Shown here piece by piece: positions 41,181 to 57,083 of a stretch of DNA of 64,000 nt; positions within the stretch are counted from its first letter, which is position 1; every line of letters starts with the position of its first letter. The stretch comes from the human T2T-CHM13v2.0 reference genome, Homo sapiens. The stretch spans positions 41,088,001 through 41,152,000 of the forward strand of contig CP068257.2 of NCBI GenBank assembly GCA_009914755.4, in the 5' to 3' direction. The position numbers were made by a program, and so were the translations under genes. The notes beneath the pieces were generated by a model that saw only the letters and a program-made list of their open reading frames with translations, was not told where the DNA came from and ran no database searches.

Positions 41181-42782
41181 ATTTAGAAGGCTGGGAGTGG
41201 GCAGAAAGCCTGGAAGGACACACATTAATACAAATAATATTAACTGAGTTGTTTTCTGGGCCCATAGGATCCTAGACAAGTTTTTAAATATTATTCTTTG
41301 AAGTGCTATTTCCTACACTTCCTACAATGATAATAGGATATTTTATATTCAGAAAAATGACATTTAAGACATAGTCAATGGTCCATGGACCTTGGACAGA
41401 GGGCCCAGCTGCCCTGTTTGCAGTCTACACCGCATGCCCAACCCTTCCCCAGATCTACTCACTTTCAGAATGTGCTGCCTTCCACGTGTGAACCAGACTG
41501 AGCTCCTTTCTGCCACTGATGTTGAATTGTCCATTTGCTCACGTCAGTGTCCACGTGGCAAATCCACAGGGCATGGGTGGGATCCTGCAGTCTAGACAAA
41601 GCCAAGGAGCACCGCTGGAGGCCACGTTGGGCTTCCCAATCCACATGCAAACCCAAAATGTGTTCTTGGGTACCTTTTCTGAGAAGACAGCCTGTGGCAT
41701 GCATCAGCTTCCTTGAGGGGCCCATGATGCTGGAGAAAACGGAGACCCGGCTCCAAAGGAGAATGTGGACTCTTAGTGGTTGGACAAAGACGTCCCGACC
41801 TCAGACCTCAGGTACCCTGTGTTTCCCCAGCGGCAGCTCATCTGGACTCGGCCATCACGACAGCGACCACACTGGCTCCAGCCACATGCACTTCCGGACC
41901 CCATGTCCTCTAGCTGTTGGGTAGAAGAGGGGTGGAGAAGGTTTCTGTAGCACAGAAACACATCAGCAGGACCAGATCCAAATATTGCACTCTCCAGATT
42001 CTTCGTCCTTCTGGCAGAAAGAAGCAGTGTCCCGGGAACATGCCCCTACTTGACCCCTGACCCTGGAAACGCCTCGAAACCCACCCGGGAGGCTGATTCC
42101 AGCCAGTCTGCCCTGGGCCACTGTACTGGGAGAGTTTCTTTCCGGAGCTGCAGTACTTCCTTTGGGGTGGGAAGGAGTTGTTACAAACTAGCCAAAGGCT
42201 CTGAGTTGCTTGGTTTTTCCTTTAGAAAACATTTGCTTTTTATTTTTAGCAGTTATTCAGAGCCAAACTTCATGAAAAGGGGAATAGAGTGGTATCGTGG
42301 GAGTATCCTTTTGCATAAAAACTAAGGTGTGATTACAAAGTAACAAAGCTAATCTTTTTTATTTCAATTGGTTTATGAACCAACTCTAATTGAAAAGCCG
42401 TGCAAAGCTGCTTGCTTCATGGCAGCTTTTCTGGGGTAAACGTGCAGTCAGCCAAGGGTAAATATCTTGAAGTTTAACGCTCGCTCGGAGGCATAAGCTC
42501 CAGTTTGTTTTTGGTTGAAAAATAGTATCCTAACTGTTGAGGTACACCTTTGCAGTGGGACTCTGTAACTGCCCAAGGGGTTCACCCTGCCTGCTACCTA
42601 AACAGAGCTCATTCATCAAGACAGGGGAACTGCAATGGAGAAAGAGCCATTCACCCAGTGCCGGCTGTGCGGGAGACCAGAGTTTTATTATTCCTCAAAT
42701 CAGTCTCCCCGAGCATTCGGGGCGCAGAGTTTTTAAGGATAACTTAGTGGGTGGTGGGAAGCCAGTGAGCCAGGAATGCTGA

Positions 42783-43133
<351 letters not shown>

Positions 43134-44145
43134 TGCAGCTGTCTTCTTGCACTGAGTCAGTTCCTGACTGGGGCCAGAAGACCAGACGAGCCAGTTTATC
43201 TATCTGGGTGGTGCCAGCTGATCCATCAACTGCAGGGTCTCCAAAATATCTCAAGCGCTGATCTTAGGAGCAATTTAGGGAGGGTCAGAATCTCGTAGTC
43301 TCCAGCTGCGTGACTCTTAAACTGTAATTTCTAATCCTGTGGCTGTTAGTCTCGTCCCCAGGCAAGAAGCAGGTCTGCTTTGGGAAAGGGCTGTTACAGT
43401 CTTTGTCTAAACTATAAACTACAAATGAAGTTTCTCCCAAAGTTAGTTCAGCCAAGGAATGAACACAGACAGCTTGGAGGTTCGAAGCAAGATGGAGCCC
43501 GCTAAGTTAGATCTCTTTCACTGTCTCAGTCATAATTTGGCCAAGGCAGTTTCAACTCCAGGAATGTGATCAAGTCCAAGTTCTGCTGATCCTCAACTTT
43601 GCCTATTTATTTCTCTTCTGTTTTAAGTCAACACTTTCTCCTGGTGAAACTGCTCTGGAAGGACGTTCCAATGAAAAGCTTTTCCCATAATGAGATCGTA
43701 ATCCTTGCTGAAAACGCTTTGCCGTTCACTGCATTTTAATGCTCTGGCACCACATGTGCCCCCTTTTCTTTTTGGGATAAAAGACGCCTTTGTCCCATGT
43801 CCTCAGCTGGTGCTTAGGGGTATGGAGCAAAAAGTGGGTGCCAGAGTTGAGATTCAGGGAGTGGAGAGTGGGGAGGAGCTTCTGTCTTCTGAAAACTGCC
43901 CGGATGGATGCGGTAGTGCAGCGGTGGCCACGGCACATGCCTGCGAGGATAGAGTCAGTTGTGGCTGAGCTAAGCGCGGAAGTGCAGGCAAAACCTGAGT
44001 ATCGGCAGCCAGGGCAGGTGTGGGGACCTCTGCACTGAGGTATATTCCTCCCTGGGAGCCACAGGGAGCCCTTAGTTACCAGCCTTGAGAGATCCTCCGC
44101 ATTCGTCCGTGGTAACCCCCTTGCTGTCTCTCTCTCTGTCACCAG

Positions 44146-44850
<705 letters not shown>

Positions 44851-46639
44851 TTAAAGACAGAACAAGAAGAGGAAAAGCATTAGGGGAGGAGCCTCCTGTT
44901 GCCCCCAGGGACCCGGTTCCTTGTGTGATGTTCCCACTGGGTTGCATTCCAGCGAGGGCTTCAGCACTGGGGACACAGAAGTCATTCTCCTGGGAACAGG
45001 CATCCTTCACAGGCGCTGCGGGGGGCCCAGTGAGCTGTGACTCGTGGGGAAAATGCCCCAGTCTCCACGATGCCACCTCCAAAGTCAGTTTTGTGTACAG
45101 CAGGACTCTTTACTGGAGCCAGGGTCAGGACACGTGTGGATGAACCACGACCAAACTGGGGATGGAAATGCCGGTAGTAGCAAAGAGACGGCGGTGATGA
45201 TGAGCAGAGTGCATGCATTGAGGCACTTACTGTGTGCGGGCGCTGTGCTTAGTGAGGGGCACACAGGACCTGCTCACACCTCCGGGCTTTGCCTCCATGC
45301 CCGCTGGTGCCAGCCCAGACACCACAGGCATATGATGTGGCTCATGGTTCCCCAGAGTGCCACTGCCCGGCCTCAGTGGGATTTAATGGGGACTAATGGA
45401 CTGAGAAACAGCCCTGTGCAATTGCACTGAGTTGTCTCAGAGCCACCTGGCATGCTGACGATCATTCCCTGATTTTGAAATTGAGGGCAATCTGCTTATT
45501 GAGGAAGCGTGGCAAGTGAAAGGGTCTCAGAGGCAGAAGGTGAAGGGAAAGCCGACGGGCCTCATCTGGTCCCCTCAAAGCCCCGGGGGCCTGGCCTCGG
45601 GGTGGGCGCAGGGAGGAAGGCCGAGCGGAAGGAAGCAGGCCTTGTCTGAGCCACGTGAGAGCCTGTCCTACAGGGACCGTGCCACGTGTCTGTCCCATGC
45701 ACTCATGGGCTCATTTGGAGTTAGGGATGTCTCAGCCCAATTGACTTAGGGGAAGTCAGGCCATAGTTTGTGGCCATGGAAAGTTGTGAGTGAACAATCC
45801 ATCTTCGTCATCCCTGTGCTGGAGGCTCTTTAAAGGACGGGAGACAGAGTCTCTCATTTGTGAGCCAAGGAAGAGCTCCCAAGTTGCACAGGGACGGCCA
45901 CACAGCTGGGGTCCCAAGGCTGGGACCTGGCAAGGCTGGGACCCGGCTTGGCAGCCTCAGACACACAGCACCTTCACCTGTGGCACCGCCCTTGGCCGTG
46001 GGCTCTACGTGGCTTGGTTCAGCCCTCTGGCTGTCCCTTGCGCCCCAGGTGCCATGGCTGCTTTGGCAGGAGGGTGGTGTTCCAGGGTGGTGCTGCCTGG
46101 CAGGGTTCCCCTCTGCCCAGAGCCAGGCGGAGATGGGTTGCCTCAAGCTGGGGCTGCGGGTGTAGCAGGGCCAGCCTTTCCAGCCCCACCAGCAGCACGA
46201 GGGGAAGAGGACAAAAACTGAGTTCTAGTCTTCAGCCTGAAACCAGACTCCCTGAACAGCGGCCTCTGGGCCCCATATGGGTTGGGGAACTCCACCGCCC
46301 CAAGGGGTGTGTCTGGAGCCAGGCCATGCCTCCCGAAGCTGCCCCCAGCTCCTCACCCACAACTGTGTGTCCCTGAGCACTTTCTGGAGGTGTTTGTAGG
46401 ATGCAGCCTCTTATCCCTTAAACGACTGCATTTACCGCCCACCTACAGCAGCAGGAGTGAGTGGTGAGACAGCCTCCGGCCTCACAGGTCTTGCCTCTGC
46501 CGTGCCTGATGGGCACCCGCTCTGTAGAAAGCAAGGCGAGTGCTCGGATCACACGCCGCTCCTGGCGTGGTTTCTGGTGTGCACTAGTCCTGCAGGTCAG
46601 GTTGAGGTTGCAGGGGGGAAGATTATTTTTATCGAAGTT

Positions 46640-47055
46640 GTAGTCATTTCCTGGGGCTGCGTAACGAATTCTCATAAACTGGGCAGCTTAAAACAATAGA
46701 AATGTATTCCCACATAGTTCTGGAGGCCACAAGTCCAAAATCAAGGTGCCAGCAGGCCCTGCCACCTCTGAAGGCCCCAGGGGAGGGACCTTCCCGGTCT
46801 CTCTTGGCCTCTGGTGGCTGCCGGCGGCATTCTCTGCCTGCTTCTTCCCCTGGTGCTCCCATCCGTTCTGTCCAAATTCCCCCTTTTTGTAAGGACACCC
46901 ATCCTATTGGAGTAGGGGTCACCCTCCTCCAGGATGACATCCCCTTAACTACATCTGCAACAGTCATGTCCCCAAATGAGGTCACCCTCAGAGGCAGCAG
47001 GGTTAGGACTTCAACATACAACTTTTGGGGGGAGATGTACTTCAGCCCATAACAC
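46640..47055 (+). mobile_element. MaLR LTR (MLT1-type).
   Basis: cctggggctgcgtaacgaattctcataaactgggcagcttaaaacaatagaaatgtattcccacatagttctggaggccacaagtccaaaatcaaggtg ... gttaggacttcaacatacaacttttgggggg. This is the classic MLT1 phrase set. Confidence 0.75.
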
Positions 47056-50000
47056 ACCACGTGGGAGGATAACACCGATTTCAGAGCTTGCAGAGGAAGC
47101 CGCCAGGAACTCCAGTGAGACATCAGCCCCCAGGTGCCTGTCAGGCACGCCGGGCTGTGGGGGGCACCTGGGCCCATCTGAGTAACGGAGGCGCATCCGC
47201 ACTTCCCCCAGGAGTACATTTTTAGAACCCACAGCGCCATAAACCAAAGACAAGGAGACTTCCTGGTGCCCCGTCAGCTTCTGGAGGCGACGTTCTCGGC
47301 TGACAGCTCTGGCAGCCTCCCCTGTAGGTGAGAGACAGGTAAATGGGACTCTTGCTTCCAAAACGGAACAGGGTAAAAATTCTCAAGCGTTGTCGACACA
47401 TTGAGAAAAAACAAATCCAGCCTCCTGGGCTCTGGTCTCATCCCCAGCCGCGTCATGTGCCCCAGGCCGGCGTTGCCACACATGAAACCCCTTCCTGTTT
47501 TTCTATGTAGAAAGGAACTCAGAATAGAGACACTGAGATATTCGTGTTGTCCCTTTTGTCTTTGTCAACAGCAGAGTTACATCTTACTCATGAGAGCCCT
47601 GTAGCAATGTGGGGACCCTGGGACCAGTCTCAGTTAAGCTGGAACTTCCCCGGATGACTGGGGAGAGGAGCTGCAAAAGGCAGGGTGGGGGTGGGGGGCC
47701 TTCCCGAGATGGCAGCCCAGCCAGAGGCCAGCGTTCTTGCCTCTGGGAAGAGAATAAAGGCCCCAGACAGGGTGGAGCTAGCTCAGCCCCGTGCCACACA
47801 AATGGCCAGTGTGAGCCTGAAATGTGGAGCTACATTCAGCCCACATAGCACACCCTGGTGGGGCCTCGGAGCCAGGGGTATGGATCCACCAGAAGCTGCC
47901 CCTTGGGAACAGCAGTGGCATCGGGGTCCGGCACACAGCACCCGGGAGCAGGTGGCCGTCCCCTGACACTCACGGGCTAGGTTTCTCCTGCTTTTCCCTC
48001 AAAGAGGACAGAGGTCCAACTGCCAGCTTACATTTAGGGCAGGGGCAGGGGCAGGTCTACCCCAGGGGCCACGGCCACTCTGGCCCCCAGCACTGTGCCA
48101 GGCAGAGAGCAGAGCATGGAATATGGGGTTCACCCAGAGCTGGGGAGTCTGCAGGAGCCTGGGGTGGCAACTGAGGGCTCAGCGTTCATCCCAAACAAAT
48201 GGCCTTGCCCACTGGCCTAAGCCCCAGAGAAGGGGGATGGGGACCCCAGGAAATGAAAGCAAAGATAAGCTCCAAATAGGATGAAAAGAAAGAGCTCCAT
48301 GCCAGCTGCTCTGTTTGCTGAAGACGCTGGTTCCCGTGGCAGCGGAGCGCAGAGAGAGGGGCTGCCTGGCCAGGCAGGGTCAGCGGGCCCCAGCAGACCC
48401 TCCTCTGCTCCCAGCTCTGGTATCTGCAAGGAAACAGCGGGATTCGAACAGTCAAACTGTCTTGCTCGGTGAAGATTTCCATAACCCTCCTGGGGAATGC
48501 AGGAGACTTACAGAGACAGCACATGTGCGAATGTTTACACAAAACAGGTTAAAAGCAGCGAAGAAATCATCATCATGCCATCTATTTTTTTTAACTACGC
48601 AGAAAACGTTCGTTACTTCTCAGAAATGTGTAAATGGAATTTCTCGTTTAATGGATGACAATGGAAATCATTTGATTGGTGCATTTTGTTGGTTGGTTTT
48701 GTTAATACTTTGCTGAATCTGTTAGCGTTCCCCCTTACACATCAAACTGTGGTAGCAACTCTGATGGGTTTTGCAAGCATGAAACAGAGGGAAGGGCTAC
48801 CAAATGGATCTCTGTGGAGCGGTGGTTATCACGGGGAAGAGACGGCAGCATGCCGAGAAAATAACACTGAAGCCTCTTTTTCCAGAAAGGAAATAGATTG
48901 ATTATTCTAGTTTTGAAAATAGCACAGGCTCATTGGAAAACCTCCAAACTACACTGATGGGAGCTGAAGGGTGCACACCGATCATGACAACAGCCGGCAA
49001 TGTCCCCCCAGTTTAAACCTGGACACGAGGCCTTCTAGATGTTTTTCTGTGCATAGATACCTTGTTTTGAAAAACAACTAAAACATGCGTTGTGTAGTCT
49101 TTTTTTTTACTAGTGGCATTGTGAGCAATAAATAGATTAAATTTTAACCAGCGTACAGCTCATAGATTTTCCCAGAAGGCCACAATCAAGCACTCTTTTT
49201 AAACCTACCGAATGTGCTCTTTCTTCCTCGTAGCGTGGCATTTTTTGGCACTTGCTTTCAGTACATACTGTGCATAGCATTCTTATTTTCCCTTTTCATG
49301 TCAAGTTTCCTCACTTGGCATAATATCCGTGATGATCCTCCTAATGGCATAATAGTCCATCATGCGGAGGCACTGTGCTGGTTTAAACCGCTTCCCATCT
49401 TGGGACATTCAGGTGGCTTCTAGTCGGTTTTGTGTTTTTGTTACAGCAGATCACACCACGGTGAATATCTGTGTGCATAGAGCTGTTTGTTCCTGTTTAA
49501 TTCTTGGCTTAAGATAAATTCCCCAGGATAGATATGTGGGCTTAAAGGATACGAATTTCTATATGGCTCTTACTGGGCAGTATTAACTTGCTCTCCCAGA
49601 AGAAGGGGCTTTATTTACAAATCGCAGGAGCTTCTGCTGCATTTAGCTCCCTGAGTGCCCCCATAGCCTGGTGAATGTCACACAAGCCAGGCGTGACCCC
49701 CACCCACCATCGTCCAAGTACACAGGGAGCCTGTTCACTTCCAAGCAAGTTCACACCCATAGGGTGTGAACCCAGATCGGCCCAGCCCCCTGGTGCACTC
49801 TGCTGCAGGGGCCCAAGAGCAGCCAGACCTCCTGGGGCAGCTGCTCCTCATTCAGCCTCTGGGGACCACCCTGAAGCCATCACACTGCCCAACCGGAAGG
49901 TGGCTTTCCTCTGAAACATGCCTGGCTCACTTTGCTCTGCTCCTATGTGGGATACCTCGATACCAAGTGCTAAACAAAAACAGAGTCAGACAGAAAACTC

Positions 50001-50149
50001 ATCTGCTAACATTACATGTAACAGGGAAAGTTGGAAACATTCTAAAAGTCCATCACTGGGGACTGGATTGCTAACGTGTGCTATGGCCACACCCTGGAGA
50101 AACTTGGAAAATGAAGCTAAGCTCTGTGGAGCAACTTGGGATGAGTTCA

Positions 50150-50536
<387 letters not shown>

Positions 50537-50956
50537 AAAGTACAAAGGGGCGGGGTGCAGTGACTCACACCTGTCATCCCAATACTTTGGGAGGCTGAGG
50601 CAGAAGGATCGTTTGAACCTAGGAGTTCAAGACCAGCCTGGGTAACATAGCAAGACCCTATCTCTACAAAAAATAAAAATTAAAATATTGTTAAAAGGTA
50701 AAAGCGGCCACCCATGTGTGTCCACACTTCAAAACATTCTGGAAAGATACACCAAACTATTAGAAGTGATTTCCAGAGTATGGGATTTAGGGAAATAAAT
50801 GGGTAAAGTGAGGACTTCGGTTTTCATATTTTGGTGTTTTTTTTTTTACTCTACTCTTGTGTTGTTTAGATTTTTTAGAATGTTTTTCTTTTGAAAACAT
50901 TAGAAAAAGGTTTTTTAGAAGCTTATCTAAAAGAGAAGATAGCCCTCAACATCTGA

Positions 50957-51277
<321 letters not shown>

Positions 51278-51508
51278 CCAACATCTGACTTTCTGTGTGT
51301 TTTCCAAGAGTCTAGTGTGAGGTCAGAGGTCAGACAGGTCATCAGGGATTTTGCTTCGAGTGAGTTGCTGCTGCCCTGACTCCTCTCCCACAGCAAATAA
51401 GACCACACGGGGCTTGGGGGTTGGGTTTGTCGCTTGCTTTTGCTGTGCTGAGGGCTTCACCAGACTGAAACAGCAGGACCACAGCTCATCTCTGCTCCTT
51501 CTCTCTAG

Positions 51509-51590
51509 GACCAACTGCCCCTGTAAGTACAGTTTTTTGGATAACCACAAGAAGTTGACTCCTCGACGCGATGTTCCCACTTACCCCAAG
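51509..51590 (+). CDS. PDE9A: PDE9A coding exon (82 nt), encoding (R)[27 protein letters not shown].
   Basis: Acceptor ctctctag|G and donor CCAAG|gtaagatg. It ends in phase 0. Confidence 0.9.
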
Positions 51591-52051
51591 GTAAGATGAG
51601 ATTCCGGCCCAGAAGAAGCTGCAGCTGTGTCCCCAGCCCCACGCCCAGCCCTGTGGCCCTGCGGCCAGACCCTGCTGTGTGTACGTTCACATCAACCGCC
51701 CCTCCCAGCCCTGGGCCGCTGACGGTGCGGGTTACTTTAAGGCAAAGTATTTTTTCTCTTTGACATTTGTTTAGCAAAAGTGATCCCAGACCATACCTTC
51801 CCCTGCAAGGACATAACAGCTCCGTGCTGCTGTCTGCCCGGCCCCGGGAGCTGACCTGGGTAGACAGTTTTTACACTCAAACGTTACTGGAAAGAACTTT
51901 AACGTTTAACTGAATTTTTAAAAATCCATTCCATTGGCCCTTGTCTCTGAGCAATTCTTAGTTGTCCTGGCAAGTTTTGCTCTTTTGCACAAAAGTGTTC
52001 TTAGTTCTAAGAGAAGCTGTGACGTTGGTGAAGTAGCAATGGCATTTTTGA

Positions 52052-52428
<377 letters not shown>

Positions 52429-52511
52429 GCCCGGCCCACCTGATTTGTAATGTGCTCTCATGCTAAGATTCAGGGGGCACAGCTTCCAGAGACAGCAGAG
52501 GCCTGGGCTAA

Positions 52512-52958
<447 letters not shown>

Positions 52959-53344
52959 CTCATCTGAGATTTTTGAATGGAGACTAGTGCCTTTTTCCAT
53001 TGGAAAATATGCCCCGCGCTTCTCAGGATCCTGTCCCAGGGAGCCGTGAAGCACAGCCTAGATCCAAAATAAAAGGTGTCAGCCCTCCAGATCCGTCCCC
53101 TTACAAAAAACAGAAAAACAAATATCCAGTAAGACCTAGGAGAAGACAGTGTGCAATACCAAAGCAGTGTTCTTGTCTTCTGTATAGAACCACAGCCTTC
53201 TGTCCTTGTGACAGCTTAACCTAAAGCCTGATGTCCTCAGAAGCAACCCAGGGGCACCGGCCCCATCAGCAGGCCTGCTCTTCTAGCTCTCGGCAGAAGC
53301 CAGGAATGGGTTCCAGACAGGAGCATCTCAGAATAACTTCTTAG

Positions 53345-53775
<431 letters not shown>

Positions 53776-53980
53776 TGAATTTTGACAAACTTGTTTAGTC
53801 CTGTGACCTCCACCACAAGCGAGATATGGAACATTTCTGTCACCCCAAACCCTCCCCTCTGCTCCCTCACCCTGCCTCTGGCATCCACCGATGGGATCTC
53901 CACCCGTAGCATTGGCCCTTTCCAGAAGTATGTGGCCTGTGAGTCTGACGCAGGTGCCTTAGAAAGAGAACGGGAGAAGC

Positions 53981-54285
53981 TGGGTGCGGTGGCTCACACC
54001 TGTAATCCCAACACTTGGGGAGGCCAAGGCGGGTGGATCACCTGAGGTCAGGAGTTCGAGACCAGCCTGGCCAACATCGTGAACTCCCCATCTCTACTAA
54101 AATTACAAAAATTAGCCAGGCATGGTGGCGGGCGCCTGCAGTCCCAGCTACTCAGGAGGCTGAGGCACGAGAATCACTTGAACCCAGGAGGCAGAGGTTG
54201 CCGTGAGCCAAGATCGCACCACTGCACTCCAGCGTGGGCAAGAGTGAGACTCTATCTCAAAAAAAAAAAAAAAAGAAAGAAAGAA
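53981..54285 (+). mobile_element. Alu SINE with a 15-bp TSD aagagaacgggagaa. Its A-rich tail ends about 100 bp upstream of the acceptor of the exon at 54385-54459.
   Basis: The TSD lies at 53966-53980 and 54290-54304. Confidence 0.9.
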
Positions 54286-54384
54286 AAAGAAAGAGAACGG
54301 GAGAAAGAGGAGAAATATCTCAGCATGCACATCACTGTCACAGGCCCACGGCGCCTGGTTAACACGGAACTCCTGTCCTTTCTA

Positions 54385-54459
54385 GTACCTGCTCTCTCCA
54401 GAGACCATCGAGGCCCTGCGGAAGCCGACCTTTGACGTCTGGCTTTGGGAGCCCAATGA
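54385..54459 (+). CDS. PDE9A: PDE9A coding exon (75 nt), encoding [25 protein letters not shown].
   Basis: Acceptor ctgtcctttctag|TAC and donor AATGAG|gtaagtg. Phase 0 at both ends. Confidence 0.9.
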
Positions 54460-54967
54460 GGTAAGTGCGGGGCTTGCAGGCACCACGTCCCAGGGGGAGG
54501 CAGCTCAGGATCTTGGACGCCAGTGGGACCACCCCCATCGCTCTTCCTCCTTCTTGCTTTCTCCTCTTCTTTTTAAAGACTGAAAAAAAAAAAACAAAAC
54601 TTGTTTTGCCAGGTTTTAGTTGAAACTAACTAACACTTTATAGCAGGGCCCAGGAGACTTCACAGCAAGGGGATTCTGTGAGTGGGGGAGACGGCTGTCA
54701 GGGGCAGGGAGGCTCCACCCAGGGCTCCTGACGGCGCTGGGCCCCCCGAGCCATCTGCTCATCCTGCAGACCCTCATGCACGCCGGTGGCAGCCCCGTGC
54801 TGCAGAACACCCCTGCCAGGAGCAAATCTCTCCTCAAGGAAGGGGCTGCGGTCAGAGTGCTCTGCTCTGAGAGCAGTGCCTGCAAAGGCAAGGCACAGGC
54901 AACCGGCTGCCCCAGATAAGTGGACATGTGGGATTCCGGGAACTGTGTCACCTTCTGCAGCAAGGCT

Positions 54968-55338
54968 TGAGGCCAGGAATTCCACACTAGCCTGAGTGAT
55001 ATGATTTGGCTGTGTCCCCACCCAAATCTCACCCTGAATTGTCATAATCCCCACGTGTCAAGGGCAGGGCCAGGTGGAGATCTTGAATCATGGGGGCAGT
55101 TTTCCCCATACTGTTCTCGTGATAGTGAGTAAGTCTCACGAGATCTGATGGTTTTATAAATGGGGGATTGTCTTTTGCCTGCCGCCATTTAAGTGACTTT
55201 CTCCTTCTCTGCCATTCTCCATGATTGTGAGGCCTCCGCAGCCATGTGGAACTGTGAGTCCCTTAAGACTCTTTTTCTTTATAAGTTACCCAGTCTCAGG
55301 TATGTCTTTATTAACAGTGTGAGAACAGACTAATAAGC
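54968..55338 (+). mobile_element. MaLR solo LTR (THE1/MST family), near full length.
   Basis: tgatatgatttggctgtgtccccacccaaatctcaccctgaattgt...gaatcatgggggcag...ctcgtgatagtgagtaagtctcacgagatctgatggttttataaa...gattgtgaggcctccgcagccatgtggaactgtgagtc...ataagttacccagtctcaggtatgtctttattaacagtgtgagaacagactaata. Confidence 0.8.
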
Positions 55339-56942
55339 TGGGCAACATAGCAAGACCTCGTCGCTACAAAAAAAAGGTGTTAAAATTCCTATTTGCTGAA
55401 AAATACAAGAATGGGGAATTTTTTGTTTCATCTCATTGGCTAATAGACCCCCTCTTTTCACACCCCAAAAAATGAAAAAGTTCCCTCATTGCAGACCTCG
55501 GCCTCAGCTGTTTTCAACGCACCAAAATCTAAGGACGTTTTCCTGCTTGTCAGCAACACAGAAAATGCACAAGGCTCCTCAGCAAGCTCACCTGTGCTCT
55601 TTGACAAGCTCGGCCGCAGCGATGTCTCTGCAAAGGGCAGAAAGTGGGCTCTTGCCTCTTGGCACCCCTGAGGCCAGGCTGCTGACACCTGGGGCACTGC
55701 CCTCTCCTAAGTGAACCTCTTTTCATGTGCATGGTCTCCCAGCAGGAGAAAAACTGCAGCACCAGCCAGAAAAGCAAAGCTCCAGCCTCCACTCCCCAGC
55801 TCAGTTCACCCAAGAGCAGCAGGCGGCCAGTCCCAGGGGCTGCACTGCTGCAAACCTGCTCAAAACCTCCAGCCGCCACGTGTCAACTTGCTCCCCAGCT
55901 CTGAGAGTGCAGGACCGGGGCGCAGAGACGACAGAAGAGGCTTTAAATATGCAGAATGACTGTCTAGGTCAACGCACAAAAGGAAAGGGCCCCAGGTGTG
56001 GGAGATGCAAGGGGTGAGAGGGAAAGCTCAGAAGAGACGTGTTGGAGCTGCTGGCCTGCAGCAGCTCCCAGGGTCCCTGCACAGCTGCTGAGATTGGGCA
56101 GAGCAAGTACACAGCAAGTAGACACCGCAGACAGTTAGAGCACACTGACTCCTGCTCCCAGCCTGTGGGCAACCGCCGCACCTCAGCATCATGTAGAAAA
56201 ATCACCATCCCCAAAGTCATTTTGACCTCAGCCTGCTGGGAGGAAGAGCCAAGCCAGGGGCCACTGATGGCAAAGCACCTGCGTGGAAACTGGCACTCGC
56301 TGTCTTTTCTGCCACCTTCTACCAGGGAACCCTTTGAGCACGGGCCACTGTGACTGGGGAGGTGGGGCTTGCCCCACGAAGCTGGGGGATCTGTGTCTCC
56401 ATAATAGAAAGGCCACCTCTCTGTCCTCTGATCACAGAGTGGATTCACAGCTGCTCTCGGGGCTGGCAGGTGGGCAAGGCAGACAGCTCCCGGCAGCTGG
56501 ACTCAGCCTCTGGGTGGCATCTCCCACGGCCCGTGGCTCCTGCCCAGCAGATCTCAAGGGCACTCCAGGAGACCGATGAGGGTTCCAGTGCTTCCAAGAA
56601 GTATCTAGCTGCCTGTGTGTGAGAATGCAGAGATGCCCAAGACAGGAGCCTTGGCCTCTGGCAGATCTAGGGATGCCAGGAATTTTGGAGTGTGAGTGGC
56701 AAAGAGGGACAACTAAAGGGACACACATGAAAACAGCCCACTCGGCCCCACAAAACTGCATCTGGCCACGCATGAGGCACCTGGCACTCAGAGAACGTCA
56801 GGGCGCCTAAAAGTGATCACCTCCCTCCCTTCCAGCAGGGGCGCCCCCACTTTTCTCCGAGTGGTTTGGCCCAGTGTCCTGCCCATCACAAACCAGACAG
56901 AGGACATGACTTCAGGCTGCTGTGTCCTCCCATGTGTTAGGG

Positions 56943-57083
56943 CCTCCGAGGGCCCAGGGCTGTGGCCCGTGAGCGTGGCCTGCCTCTATCCTCCGAGGGC
57001 CCAGGGCTGTGGCCCGTGAGCGTGGCCTGCCTCTATCCTCCGAGGGCCCAGGGCTGTGGCCCGTGAGCATGGCCCGCCTCTAT
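56943..57083. repeat. GC-rich tandem repeat, 47-bp unit x 3 (cctccgagggcccagggctgtggcccgtgagcgtggcctgcctctat).
   Basis: Copies 1 and 2 are identical. Copy 3 has 2 substitutions. Confidence 0.95.

Noticed and set aside
40716-41279. 187-aa and 175-aa minus-strand ORFs (..[12 protein letters not shown].., ..[10 protein letters not shown]..).
   Set aside because: They are translation of the GATA/GGAT tetranucleotide STR (TATC gives IYLS, ATCC gives HPSI).
46644-47240. 198-aa minus-strand ORF.
   Set aside because: It lies entirely within the MLT1 LTR and flanking GC-rich intron. There is no coding signature.
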